From a virus, in IMG/VR virus record IMGVR_UViG_3300031576_000037, positions 2,959 to 66,958 of that record: a stretch of DNA of 64,000 bases; one strand, written 5' to 3'. This document shows, in pieces, positions 18,950-29,411 of the stretch. Below the pieces are notes generated by a model that worked only from the letters and a program-made list of their open reading frames with translations, searched no databases and was not told the DNA's origin. A program made the position numbers and the translations under genes. Positions within the stretch are counted from its first letter, which is position 1; every line of letters begins with the position of its first letter.

Positions 18950-19428
18950 ACCGATTGACTTAGCACTCCTTGGTATATCTTGGCATGGTTGGCCTCGGTC
19001 GCGTCGAGCGCCCCGCCTGTGCGGTTCTCGATGATCAGGCCCCACTTCTCGGGCAGCGTGCCGCCAAAGGCTGCTGCTACGGAGAACGGACCGCCGAGGT
19101 AAGTAACCGCAACCGCTACCGCGTTGACGATACCGACCAGTCTTGCGTTGGTAGGCACGGTCAGGGTGATGGCGGCATCAGTCGCGCCCGCGTTCTCAGT
19201 ACGGGTCGTACCTCCGTCTACTGTGGCGTAGGCGTAGATATAGACCGCGCCGCTGGCAGTCACGCCGCTCGCGCCGGTCTTCACTTTGAGGAAGACCAGG
19301 GCGTCGAGGAACAGGTTCGTGGCGTTGTCAACCTCAGTCGCCTGCCTCGCCGCGTTGTTAGCGAGCGATGCTAACGTACAAGTGATCGCCTGGTTGCTGG
19401 TTCCGAATTTTTCTTTGATGTCAGCCAT
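18946..19428 (-). CDS. Putative virion structural protein
   Basis: TLASLAN..EVDN, beta-rich; AAGGA RBS. Confidence 0.6.
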   Translation of the reverse strand: MADIKEKFGTSNQAITCTLASLANNAARQATEVDNATNLFLDALVFLKVKTGASGVTASGAVYIYAYATVDGGTTRTENAGATDAAITLTVPTNARLVGIVNAVAVAVTYLGGPFSVAAAFGGTLPEKWGLIIENRTGGALDATEANHAKIYQGVLSQSV

Positions 19429-19504
19429 AGTGTGTTATCCTTAGCGAGCAATGAAAGATGAGAGCGATGACGACGCCTGTGCGCTCGGATTGGCGACCAC
19501 CAAC

Positions 19505-22500
19505 CTAATATCCCTTCGCCAGTCCAGTCCCGCGCCAGCGTTGCTTGTTGCCTAATCGCGCCTGGCGGCGCCCCTTAGCGCGCCGGATTCTGTCTCCGAT
19601 GAAAAACAGTAGTAACAGCCAGGTCCAATCAAGACCAAATCCCTTTATAAATCCCACCACTCGCCACCTATTTGCGCTACTGCTGTAAATACCAGTCATG
19701 TAGTCACACTTTAAAGCGGTGATTGTAAGCGTTATCCCGGTTATGTCCGTTCCAAAGATAAATCCTCCTGCGCCGCTCGCCAACGTAATCGTTCTGCCCC
19801 CAGTCGGATCCTGGCAGAACTCCCACACCGCCTGCTGGTCGGCCACCGGGCCGATAGGGGCATCGAGCGTTCGGTTGCCGGCCAACGTTGCCTTGAACCT
19901 GTTGCCCAGGCTGGCGTCCGTGGCGATGTTCGCAGCGTCAGTCAGCGTAACCGGAGTCGAGGAGGTCGCCTTGTTGAATAGGATCGGCCCGTCGAACTGC
20001 GACTTCCCGGCCTTAACCCAGAACGCCAGCGGGGTGGTCAACGTCATATTCGCTCCCGCTGCTGGCGCGTTGACGATGGTGAAGCTGCTCGCGGTTGTGA
20101 TCGTCTCGGCGGCAGTCGCTGAGTACGTCACGCGGGGCACGCTGATCTCGCTCTGCTCGGTGAATGCGCCACCACCGGAAGTGAATTGCCTGGTCGCGGT
20201 CGCGCCGAGGACGATCCCCTGCGCTTCAGTGTCGGCGGCCAGGGCAGTGTCAGCCGGAGTAGTGATCTTGAAATGGAACGGCGAGCCGGAGGAACGGGCG
20301 GCAGGCGATATAGTGGTCGCGCCGAATGCCTCTGTCACCACCACATTCGTCGTCCCGCGCTGCACTCGCAGCAAATCGGCGGTCGCGGCGGAATTGCCGC
20401 TCACCAACAAGGGAACGTGACCGGCGGCGCTGGCCAGTGCGCGGATCGCGTAGCTGTTCGTGATAGTAGCGTTCGTTCCGGCGGCAGGCGATGAGACATC
20501 GAGCGTAATAGCATCGGTCAGGGTGCTGGCGGCGACGAAGCTGTAGGTCGCGCCCTGAATTCGCATCCCCCGCTGCAACGTCAGCGCGCCAGTCGCGTGC
20601 TGCACGTCACGAGCGAGATTGATGTTCACGTCAACCGCTTCCGCTGAGGCGGTCAGGCCAGTGTGAGCCGGAGCGGTCAGCGTCCAGACCGTCGGAGTGC
20701 CAGAGGCAGCGGCGTCGCTGTTGAAAGTGGCGTAGCCGGGCGAGGTGAGCGACAGCCGCGAAGTCGTATTCGTCATGATGTCGAGCGTGTGAGCGGTCTG
20801 ACCGCCTAATAGCAATGACGACCCGTCGCTGGTGAAAATGCCCTGGATCACGCTGCTGTTGGAGTCAACCCGAATGCCATTATTGCTGGCGTCGGCCCGG
20901 ACATGGAGCATCGCCGCCGAGTCGGTGTTGACGCCGATCCCCCCGGTTCCCTTCGGGTTGATTCTGATATTCTCATTCGCCCCGCTGGAAAGCGCCGTCA
21001 ACGTTACTCCACTGCCAGCCGCATTTCCCGTTACGCTCAAACCCGTCGCCGCGCTGCCTACATTGGCGACGACCCTGAAAGCCGGATTCGTGTTTCCATT
21101 CGGCCCCACAGCCAAGGCAGCGGCTGCGGCGCTGCTGACGGTCTGTGCGGCGGTAAACGTTTGGGCGAGATTGGTTCCGGCCAGCGTATAGTCGGCATCC
21201 TGCGGCGTCAGGACTCTAATGGTAGCCGTCGTCAGCCCGTCCACCTCGAAGCGGATTTCCTTTGTGCCATCAGTTGAACCTTCAACCAACGACACAGTAT
21301 CCGTGAACGGCGGCGATGTCCCGCAGCCGGCGCAGGATGTAACGGTCAGCGCCCCCGCCTTGTCCACCTTGAACTTGCTCACCCCGCCGACCTGCAAGTC
21401 CATCAACAATGAAGCGGCGGCGCTCGCCGTGTCAGTGATATTGGTCTTGATAGCGGTGAACGTTACGCCCGCGCTGTTCCACGTCTGCGTGGCGTCAAAC
21501 AGGCGGGTATCCGCCGTCACCGTGCCGCCGGTGACAAACAATTTGTGCGTCGCGTCAGCCGCCCCGCCAATCCCCAGCCGCGCAAACTGCGGCGTCGAGG
21601 CGGTCGCTATATCCTGGGGAGTCGAGAGCGTAATTGACCCCGCTCCATTGGTGACGGTGATTTGATTCGCTGTGCCGGTCAATGCCGCGAGGGTATAACC
21701 GGAGCCATTGCCGATAAGTAATTGACCGTTCGTTGGCGTTCCGGTCAGACCCGTGCCGCCACTGCCTATCGGCAGCGCGCTTCCCAGGGTGAGCAGCCCT
21801 GCTGAATCAAGTGTCAGCTTCGCCGCGCCGCCATAGCTGGCTTTGATCAGGTTGGTGGTGACGCCGGTCGTCGCAGTGTTCGTGGTATCTACCGCTAAGA
21901 CGTTCAGGGTAGTGGTGGTGTTCGAGACGCCAGTATTGAGTGTGGGCTTGATGAGGACACCGCTGAACGTCCTCGTGTTAGTGTCGTTCTTAGTGAGAGA
22001 GAACGTCGCGTCCATCGCCCCGACGGTGTTGTCAGCGTCAGTCAAGATCGTCTTGCCGGTCAACTCCACGCCGGCTGCCGGTGCAGCCTCACCTAATCCC
22101 AGGGCGGCGAATTGTGGCGTCGCGGCGGTGTGGATACTCTGCGGCAGGCTCAGCGTCGGGTTGCCCGCGACACCATCGCCGTTCGACACGTTGACCTGGT
22201 TAGCCGTACCGGTGATTGTCCGCGCTGCGCCTGTTCCCGCGCCGGTTCTCGCCCACAAGCCGTTAGTCGCGTTGTCACCGAGCGCCGTCAGGTCACTGTC
22301 AAGGCGAGCGTTCGCTACTACGCCGGTCGTGATACTCGAACCATTGAGCGCAGTCAGGGATGCGCCGCTTCCGCTGAAGAGTTGCGCCGTCACGGTTCCG
22401 GAGTCGGTGACGGTCAGCCGGTCAGCGAAAGCAGTGGCGTCAATCCGGCCCTGGAGCGTCCAGGTAGATGCTCCGGCATTGGTAGTGACATCAACGAAGG

Positions 22501-25500
22501 TCTTCCAATCTGCGCTATGACCCGCAGTATCGAATGAAGTCCCGGTAAGGATCAGATTGTGAGAGTCGCGGGTTCCCGCCGCGCCTGGCTGGGCAATCGT
22601 AATGGTATAAGCATCTGCCGGTGTAGTCCCGACGTTATGGGTATGAGCGCCAGTCCAGGCGAAGGCAGTAGCCTGATTGACGGAGAGGGTGCGATCTGCG
22701 CTGAGATCGCCGCCACCGATTATGCCGGTTCCATTGGAGATGGTTCGGCCTGTACCCAGAACAGTTCCGCCTCCGCTCGGAGCCGTCCAAGCGGCGTCAG
22801 TGGCATTGCTGCCCAGGTAGGTATTGGCGGCCCCAATCGCCAGGCGCTGCCAGGTCGGAGTCGCGCTCTGACCGGTAATCAGGTCGCCACGCACCACGGT
22901 CGCTGCGGTAGAGTCGGTATGGGTGGCGGACAGGATATTATGGCTCGTTCCTCCACACCCGATACATGAGGTAACGGTGATGTTGCCGGCCTTATCGGCC
23001 TTGAACTTGCTAACCCCTCCTACCTGCAAATCAATCAATAATGAAGCGGCAGCAGAGGCAGTATCAGTGATGTTCGTCTTGAGGGCGGTGAAGGTGACTC
23101 CGGCGCTGTTCCACGTCTGAGTCGCGTCGTACAGATGAGTATCCGCTGTGACTGTACCGCCTGTAACGAATAGCTTGTGGGCAGCATCTGCCGCGCCCCC
23201 AACGCCGAGGCGGGCGAACTGCGGCGCGCTGGCTGTGGCGATGTCCTGCGGCGTCGAGAGGACGGGATTTCCGGCTACCCCGTCGCCATTCGAGACATTC
23301 ACCTGATTAGCCGTGCCAGTGATAGTCCTGGCTGCGCCCGTCCCAGCTCCCGTCCGCGCCCACAAGCCGTTGGTAGCATTGTCGCCAAGCGCGGTTAAGT
23401 CGCTATCCAGCCGCGCATTGGCTACTGTCCCGGTCGTTAGGTTTGAGGCATTAAGGGCCGTCAGGGCCGAACCATCCCCGCTGAAGCTTGTGGCGGTCAC
23501 GGCCCCCCCAGAGGAGACCAGGAATTGTTGCACTCCCCCATAAGCCAACCTGATGAGGTTGGTGGTTAGCCCGGTAACAGCCGTGTTCGTAGTGTCCACG
23601 CTGACGATATTCAGCGTGGTGGTAGTGTTCGATGCACCGGTGTTCAGCGTGGGCTTGATGAATACTCCGGCGAATGTCCGCGTGTTGGTGTTGTCTTTGG
23701 TGAGGGAGAAAGCAACATCCGCTCCGCCAACTGTATTGTCGGCGTCCGTGCTGATTGTCTTGCCGGTGAGTTCCAGCCCGGCGGCGGGCGCAGCTTCTCC
23801 CAGCCCCAACGCCGCAAACTGCGGAGTGGCAGCGGTGTGGATGTTTTGCGGGGTTGAGAGCGTAACGTTGCCGTTCGCCCCGCCATCGGTAATGATAACC
23901 TGGTTCGCCGTGCCAGTCAGCACCCGCTCGGCTGAGAGCGTGGCATCCAGCCCCAGCACAACGTAAGAAGCCCCGGTCGGCGCTCCCCCGCCCGCGCCGA
24001 TGCAATCCACCGTCGCTCCATTCTCCCGGCATTTGAATTTATTGGCGGTTGAGTCGTACCAAACGTCGCCATTCAGGAGCGATGTGGGAGCGCCCGCCTG
24101 TGCGCCGATGTTCAGCCCGGCATTCGTGGCGTTCGGATTGAAGGTCTGCCGCGCCCCGTCTGCAAAGTCCAGCGCACCAGTGTCATTGATTGCCAATCGC
24201 TCAGTGAAGGCTCCGGCGTCGAGGTTCGACATGATCCGCCACTTCGATCCCCCAGCGTTAGTTAGAGCCTGAGCATAGTGCAGCCAGATAGCCGAATGTC
24301 CGACGGTATCGAACGAGGTCGCCTTGACCCTGAACGTATGGCTATCCCGCACCCCGGCGACTCCGGGTTGGGCGATGTCGAGCAGGATGGCGTCGCCGGG
24401 CGTTGTGCCGGGATTGAAAGTGTGTAAGCCGGTCCAAGTCGGCAACAGGCTCTGAAGAATGGCGGGCGCGGCATCCGAACGCATCGCTGTTGTTGCCGAA
24501 CCAGTGATGGCCGTAGTTGTAACGTTGGCCGAAGGCCCAGCGAAACCGCTGAATCCCCCCGGGAGATCAGCAGCTTGAATCGCCGAAGAGACGAAATTAG
24601 TCCCATCCCCGCGAAGGTAATTCCCACTGGCAGCCAGACTGTTCACCTGGAAACCGGTAGTCGCGTTGGCTACACCGCCGGAAGTTACGATGAATTGCAC
24701 CACGCCTCCGTAGCGGAGGTGAAGAAGATTCGTCGTTACCCCGGTGGTCACGGTATTGGCAGTATCGACTGCGAGGACATTGAGCGTGGTATTGGCGTTG
24801 CTGGCCCCGGCGTTGATTGTAGGCTTGATGAACTCGCCGAAGTAGGTTCGGGTGAGGGCATCGTTCTTGGTTAAGCTGAATAGCGTGCTGAGACCGGCGA
24901 TGCTGTTGTTGGCTTCAGTGTCAATGGTTTTACCAAGCAGGTCTATTCCGGCTTCGGCGGGCGCGGTAGTCCCTGCTCCCAGGCGTCCGACCTGGAAAGC
25001 AGCCGAAGTGTGCAGGTCTTGCGGCGCGCCGACCGTGATGTTCCCATTCGCCCCGCCGTCAGTCAGTATGATCTGATTCGCCGTGCCGGTCAGGACTCTC
25101 TCAGCGGTCAATCCAGCGTCGAGCGCCAGCGTTACGTATTGCGCGCCGGTCGGCGCGCCGCCGCCCGCACCCGACAGGTCGCGCCACGCCCCGTTCAGGT
25201 AAGCCCACGCCTTGTACTGTCCATTAATGGTATCGGATTCCAGGACAAAGGCATTTGCGCTGTCATAAGTCGTGGGCACGCCTGTCGGGGTGTCGCTCGT
25301 GCGCGGCAGATAGACAAAACCATCTGTCGCAGTGGTCGCCAGCGCATCTTTGGCGAAAACCGAATTGAGCTTGCCGCCCGACGGGGCGAACCGCGCCTCA
25401 GTCGAGCCGACCAGGTTCAGCCGCAGCAAATCGCCGGTCGCCGAAGTCGTGTGATCTATGACCTGGCCGATGTGGGCGGCGTTGTTCGGCTTGATTCGCA

Positions 25501-28500
25501 GGCCGACCGAGCGGGTCAGCGTGGCGTTCGTTCCGGCGGTGGGAGTCTCAATCTCGACGTTGATTGCGTCAGTCACGGTGGACGCCGCGACGAAGCCGAG
25601 CGTCCGGCCCCGGAAGCGCACGTCGCGGTTGAGCGTGATCGCGCCGGTCGCGTACTGTTTTGTGCCCGATAAATCGAAGAGCAGGTCGGTGTCTTCCGCG
25701 CCCGCCGCCAGGGTAGTGTGGGCGCCGCCCGTGACAGTGAGGGCGACCGGAGAGCCGGAGGCCGCTGCTGCCTGGGTCAGCGTAATCGCCGAGGTCGAAG
25801 GCTGCGCCAGGATCGAATCGCCGGTGGCCGTAGCCGAGGTGAATTTGGGGATTTGATTCGTCGTGCCGGAGCCGGAGATGCTGCCGAAATTCGTATAAGC
25901 GCCGCTATTGGCCGAGAATTGCCACGCCTGCGTCGAGGCGTTGTAGGTAATCCGGCCCCGATTGGCCGGGGCGACGGCGGCAGATTGCCCGGCGGCCTGC
26001 TCGACGTAGGCGTCGCTGGCTGCGCCGATCAGGGTCAGGCTGGTCGGATCAATCGCCCCACCGACAGTCAGCTTGCCGGTCACGTTGGCGTTGCCGGTGA
26101 TCGTCACCGTCGAGCCGGACTCGCTCACCAGCGAATCGCCGATGGCCGTTGCGCTGGTGAACTTGGGCAGCTTGCCCGCCGTGCCGGAGCCGGTGATGCC
26201 GCTGGCGGAAGTCGCCATATTCGAGACCACACGCCAATCTCCCGCGCCGCTCTCGTTCGGAACCAGGATCACGGCCTGCCCGGTGACGTTCAGCACAAAC
26301 GTCGAGCCGTTGACCGTGCCGCCGCTACCTGCCGCCAGAGTAATATTGTTGGTTCCGGCTGCTGCAATGTCCTTGATGATCAACTGCTCGCCGACCCGGT
26401 AAAGCCCCGGCCAGGGCAGCGTAATCGTGCAGGGCGCGGCGCAACTCGATTCGACGTAGCGCAGTCCCGTCCGGGCATAAGTCGAAGTGGACGTGACGGT
26501 GACGCGGGCGAAGCCGCCATCCGAGCGTCCGAGCGGCGTGACCCGCGTGTTGGTCGTGTCGTAATAAGTAGTGACGCGCGCCGCCGAGCCGCCAGTCAGC
26601 ACGCGCGGGCCCAGTCCCTCAGCTACCAGCGGCGGCTGGTCGTTCGAGTGGATAGCTGAGGCGTTCGCGTAAGAGGATTCAGGCCCGTCGAAGATGCTCG
26701 TCTCATCTATCGTGCCGCGCGAGAAATAGGCCGGGAATGAAGCCGAATCCACGTCGTAATCCGCCACCCGCTTGCCCGAGGTAGCTCCTCCTGACGGATA
26801 GAATGTGCAGCCCGTGCAGGAGAAATTCGAGTTGCGATAGGCTTGAATTCCGGTCAGCGTCCAGTTCTCGACGTTGCACTGGTAGCAATACACCGCAGCG
26901 GCCTGATCGGTCGTATCGCCGTCTACGCCGTTCTTTTTACCTATCGCCATCCAGCGGGTATTGGCCACCGAGCCGTCAATCCCGTTGCAGCTCTCGCAGT
27001 AGACATCGCCGCCCTTGACCCGGTAGCCCGCGAGCAGCGTGCCGCCCGCCGCGTGCACATAGATGTCGCGCAGGTAAATGCCGGGATGGTCGTTGGCGTC
27101 AATCAGGATCGGGTAATTGACGTTCCCGCTGAAATCCATCTTCTCGAAGGCCGATGAGAAGGCTTTGGTAATATAGAGGCCATAGCTGCCGGTGTCGGTA
27201 ATAGACACGTCAGAGACGAAGAAGCCGGAGTAATCAGCCGTGCCTTGCAGCGACAATCCAATCTGACTCGCGCCGGTCGCATTGCCGTCAATCGTCAAGC
27301 GCCGAATCGAGGAATCGGAAGCTGTCGCGGTGACGCCGATAATGCTGGCATTCGACGTGGACGTGATGATCGTCTTGGCCCGCCCATCGCCCACCAGATG
27401 GGTGTTGCCCGCCATCGTCAGGCCCGTCACCAGGTACGTGCCCGCCGAGACATAACATTCCTTGCCGCCTGCCGCGGCCGCCGCTGTGATGCAATTTTGA
27501 ATTGCCGTCGTGTCGTTCGTTGTCCCATTACCCACCGCGCCGTAATCCAGTCGGGCGTTGAGCGCCTGCCGGATGTTCGAGGTCGGGAAAGCCGTGTTCC
27601 AGGAAAGCGTGCCGGCGCCGTCGTTGGTCAATGCGCCCGAAGCATTCGAGGCCGGCCAGGTGTAATTCAAGCTGCGGATCGAGGCGCTACCATCGCTGCG
27701 CACGCGGAAGAGCGCCGAGCCGGTCGAATCCGTCGCCCGCAGGAAATCGCCGGTCTGCGAGGCGATTCCCTTGAGCGTCAACATATTGGTATTGACCGCG
27801 CGGGTTGCTGAACCCGACAGGATAATCTGGTCGGTATCTATCCGCAGGCGCGAGAGAGCCTGCGTGGTAAAAATGTGGATATTGTCTTGGAAGACGTACT
27901 CAGGATTGCCGGGGTCGGTGGCTATGTCACGGAAGAGGTCAGTGGCGGTCGCCAGGGTATTCGAGGCCGAGAACAGCGCGAGATAATTGGTGCTGCCGGA
28001 ACCGGTGAGCTTGTTGTTGAAGGTCGTCCAGTCGGCGGATGAGAGCGCGCCCCGGACAGTCGCGGACGCGGTCGGGAAATTGAAGGTGTGGGTCGTGCCG
28101 GACGATGAGATATTGAAGTCGGAACCGCTCGTGCCCGGCGCGAAGGTCTGAGTTGCGCCGGTCAAGCCATTGAGCGAGGTAATCCCGCCGCCCCCGCCGC
28201 CTCCGCCCGTTACGATGGTGACGACGCCGCTGCCGTTGTCGGTCAGGGTGCCGTTGCTGACCTGCAAGGTATTGACGCCCGTGATCAGCGGCGAACCGTC
28301 CAGCTCCTTGATGACGCTGAGGTATTTTACATCAGACTGCGAGCGAGTGTAGGCGTTGACGTCCTGGGCGATGACCGCCGTCGAGTTGTACGCGCACAGA
28401 TCAGGCCAGTTGGTCGCCGATGGAATGGCGGGCACAGCAAAGGAAGAAAAGCAGTCGTAGAACGAGATGCGCGAGCCGCTGTCCCGATAGAACGCGGCGA

Positions 28501-29068
28501 TATATCGCGCCTGCTGATTGGTCGGGCTGTCAACCGTCGCGTCCAGCGCAAGCTGGGGGATGAAAAGCGTCTCAATGCCCGACACGTTCAGGATGGACGC
28601 GGCGACTCGCCGATACCACGCGCCCGAATCCGGCGCGCCGGTCTGCACGATGCAGGTCGTGGTCGAGCCGGAGCAGACGCCGAGCGGACGGAACGGCCCG
28701 GCGGCGGGATCAACGTACAACCTCAGCTCCACCCACTTGCGCCAGATGGCTGTCACGCTTGCGCTGGTTGCGCCCGTGTAAACGCCGGTCAGCGTGGCGC
28801 TTGACACGCTGGTAACATAGGCGACGGTGTAATTTATCCCGTTCAGCGTGATGGTAAAGCCGCCCTTGCCTACCCAATTCGAGCGAAAGGCCGCCGCGCT
28901 CGTGATCGTCGCACTGTTGTTCGTGGCCGAGACCGTCAGCGTGACATCATTGCCGATGTTCTGCGCGCTGAAATTCGGGATTTGCGACGCGGAGATCGTG
29001 ACTTCGGTGGCCGATGCTCTAACCGTCAAAGCGCAGAGTAGCGCACAAAGAAGGAATAGCTTTTTCAT
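19505..29068 (-). CDS. Giant tail fibre/adhesin (3187 aa) with pectate-lyase-like beta-helix and internal repeats
   Basis: LDYGAVGNGTTNDTTAIQ tailspike motif; T/A/G-rich repeated modules; start at MKKLFLLCALL. Confidence 0.8.
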   Translation of the reverse strand: MKKLFLLCALLCALTVRASATEVTISASQIPNFSAQNIGNDVTLTVSATNNSATITSAAAFRSNWVGKGGFTITLNGINYTVAYVTSVSSATLTGVYTGATSASVTAIWRKWVELRLYVDPAAGPFRPLGVCSGSTTTCIVQTGAPDSGAWYRRVAASILNVSGIETLFIPQLALDATVDSPTNQQARYIAAFYRDSGSRISFYDCFSSFAVPAIPSATNWPDLCAYNSTAVIAQDVNAYTRSQSDVKYLSVIKELDGSPLITGVNTLQVSNGTLTDNGSGVVTIVTGGGGGGGGITSLNGLTGATQTFAPGTSGSDFNISSSGTTHTFNFPTASATVRGALSSADWTTFNNKLTGSGSTNYLALFSASNTLATATDLFRDIATDPGNPEYVFQDNIHIFTTQALSRLRIDTDQIILSGSATRAVNTNMLTLKGIASQTGDFLRATDSTGSALFRVRSDGSASIRSLNYTWPASNASGALTNDGAGTLSWNTAFPTSNIRQALNARLDYGAVGNGTTNDTTAIQNCITAAAAAGGKECYVSAGTYLVTGLTMAGNTHLVGDGRAKTIITSTSNASIIGVTATASDSSIRRLTIDGNATGASQIGLSLQGTADYSGFFVSDVSITDTGSYGLYITKAFSSAFEKMDFSGNVNYPILIDANDHPGIYLRDIYVHAAGGTLLAGYRVKGGDVYCESCNGIDGSVANTRWMAIGKKNGVDGDTTDQAAAVYCYQCNVENWTLTGIQAYRNSNFSCTGCTFYPSGGATSGKRVADYDVDSASFPAYFSRGTIDETSIFDGPESSYANASAIHSNDQPPLVAEGLGPRVLTGGSAARVTTYYDTTNTRVTPLGRSDGGFARVTVTSTSTYARTGLRYVESSCAAPCTITLPWPGLYRVGEQLIIKDIAAAGTNNITLAAGSGGTVNGSTFVLNVTGQAVILVPNESGAGDWRVVSNMATSASGITGSGTAGKLPKFTSATAIGDSLVSESGSTVTITGNANVTGKLTVGGAIDPTSLTLIGAASDAYVEQAAGQSAAVAPANRGRITYNASTQAWQFSANSGAYTNFGSISGSGTTNQIPKFTSATATGDSILAQPSTSAITLTQAAAASGSPVALTVTGGAHTTLAAGAEDTDLLFDLSGTKQYATGAITLNRDVRFRGRTLGFVAASTVTDAINVEIETPTAGTNATLTRSVGLRIKPNNAAHIGQVIDHTTSATGDLLRLNLVGSTEARFAPSGGKLNSVFAKDALATTATDGFVYLPRTSDTPTGVPTTYDSANAFVLESDTINGQYKAWAYLNGAWRDLSGAGGGAPTGAQYVTLALDAGLTAERVLTGTANQIILTDGGANGNITVGAPQDLHTSAAFQVGRLGAGTTAPAEAGIDLLGKTIDTEANNSIAGLSTLFSLTKNDALTRTYFGEFIKPTINAGASNANTTLNVLAVDTANTVTTGVTTNLLHLRYGGVVQFIVTSGGVANATTGFQVNSLAASGNYLRGDGTNFVSSAIQAADLPGGFSGFAGPSANVTTTAITGSATTAMRSDAAPAILQSLLPTWTGLHTFNPGTTPGDAILLDIAQPGVAGVRDSHTFRVKATSFDTVGHSAIWLHYAQALTNAGGSKWRIMSNLDAGAFTERLAINDTGALDFADGARQTFNPNATNAGLNIGAQAGAPTSLLNGDVWYDSTANKFKCRENGATVDCIGAGGGAPTGASYVVLGLDATLSAERVLTGTANQVIITDGGANGNVTLSTPQNIHTAATPQFAALGLGEAAPAAGLELTGKTISTDADNTVGGADVAFSLTKDNTNTRTFAGVFIKPTLNTGASNTTTTLNIVSVDTTNTAVTGLTTNLIRLAYGGVQQFLVSSGGAVTATSFSGDGSALTALNASNLTTGTVANARLDSDLTALGDNATNGLWARTGAGTGAARTITGTANQVNVSNGDGVAGNPVLSTPQDIATASAPQFARLGVGGAADAAHKLFVTGGTVTADTHLYDATQTWNSAGVTFTALKTNITDTASAAASLLIDLQVGGVSKFKADKAGNITVTSCIGCGGTSHNILSATHTDSTAATVVRGDLITGQSATPTWQRLAIGAANTYLGSNATDAAWTAPSGGGTVLGTGRTISNGTGIIGGGDLSADRTLSVNQATAFAWTGAHTHNVGTTPADAYTITIAQPGAAGTRDSHNLILTGTSFDTAGHSADWKTFVDVTTNAGASTWTLQGRIDATAFADRLTVTDSGTVTAQLFSGSGASLTALNGSSITTGVVANARLDSDLTALGDNATNGLWARTGAGTGAARTITGTANQVNVSNGDGVAGNPTLSLPQSIHTAATPQFAALGLGEAAPAAGVELTGKTILTDADNTVGAMDATFSLTKNDTNTRTFSGVLIKPTLNTGVSNTTTTLNVLAVDTTNTATTGVTTNLIKASYGGAAKLTLDSAGLLTLGSALPIGSGGTGLTGTPTNGQLLIGNGSGYTLAALTGTANQITVTNGAGSITLSTPQDIATASTPQFARLGIGGAADATHKLFVTGGTVTADTRLFDATQTWNSAGVTFTAIKTNITDTASAAASLLMDLQVGGVSKFKVDKAGALTVTSCAGCGTSPPFTDTVSLVEGSTDGTKEIRFEVDGLTTATIRVLTPQDADYTLAGTNLAQTFTAAQTVSSAAAAALAVGPNGNTNPAFRVVANVGSAATGLSVTGNAAGSGVTLTALSSGANENIRINPKGTGGIGVNTDSAAMLHVRADASNNGIRVDSNSSVIQGIFTSDGSSLLLGGQTAHTLDIMTNTTSRLSLTSPGYATFNSDAAASGTPTVWTLTAPAHTGLTASAEAVDVNINLARDVQHATGALTLQRGMRIQGATYSFVAASTLTDAITLDVSSPAAGTNATITNSYAIRALASAAGHVPLLVSGNSAATADLLRVQRGTTNVVVTEAFGATTISPAARSSGSPFHFKITTPADTALAADTEAQGIVLGATATRQFTSGGGAFTEQSEISVPRVTYSATAAETITTASSFTIVNAPAAGANMTLTTPLAFWVKAGKSQFDGPILFNKATSSTPVTLTDAANIATDASLGNRFKATLAGNRTLDAPIGPVADQQAVWEFCQDPTGGRTITLASGAGGFIFGTDITGITLTITALKCDYMTGIYSSSANRWRVVGFIKGFGLDWTWLLLLFFIGDRIRRAKGRRQARLGNKQRWRGTGLAKGY
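22157..23425 (-). repeat. Intragenic repeat: identical 54-aa block at 22157..22318 and 23264..23425
   Basis: VANARLDSDLTALGDNATNGLWARTGAGTGAARTITGTANQVNVSNGDGVAGNP occurs twice with heavy synonymous change. Confidence 0.9.
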
Positions 29069-29093
29069 TGAATCAACAAGTACGCAGGGAAAC

Positions 29094-29411
29094 TTAGGCT
29101 GCGATTTCCTCCGGGAATACCAGCCTCGCCGCATCTATGGAGAGCAACGTCGGTTCAGGCACGCGCGCCAGATTGATGCTGGCGACCTGCACGAGCAAAG
29201 CTGGCAGTTGCTGTTGCCCATTGACACCGGCATTCAATGGAGTCGTCTGAAACGCCACCCCGGATTCCCAATAGCCTTCCGTAATGCCCTGCTCACGCAA
29301 AAGCAGTTCGGTGATCTCGGTCAGGCTAAATGAGTAGCGGTTGATCTCAGGCACGATCAGCGTTTCCCTTTCCGCCACTCGCTCGGCGAAATCGGCTTTT
29401 CCGATACCCAC
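29094..29411 (-). CDS. Hypothetical protein
   Basis: Fills the operon gap; the start may lie further downstream. Confidence 0.55.
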   Translation of the reverse strand: MGIGKADFAERVAERETLIVPEINRYSFSLTEITELLLREQGITEGYWESGVAFQTTPLNAGVNGQQQLPALLVQVASINLARVPEPTLLSIDAARLVFPEEIAA

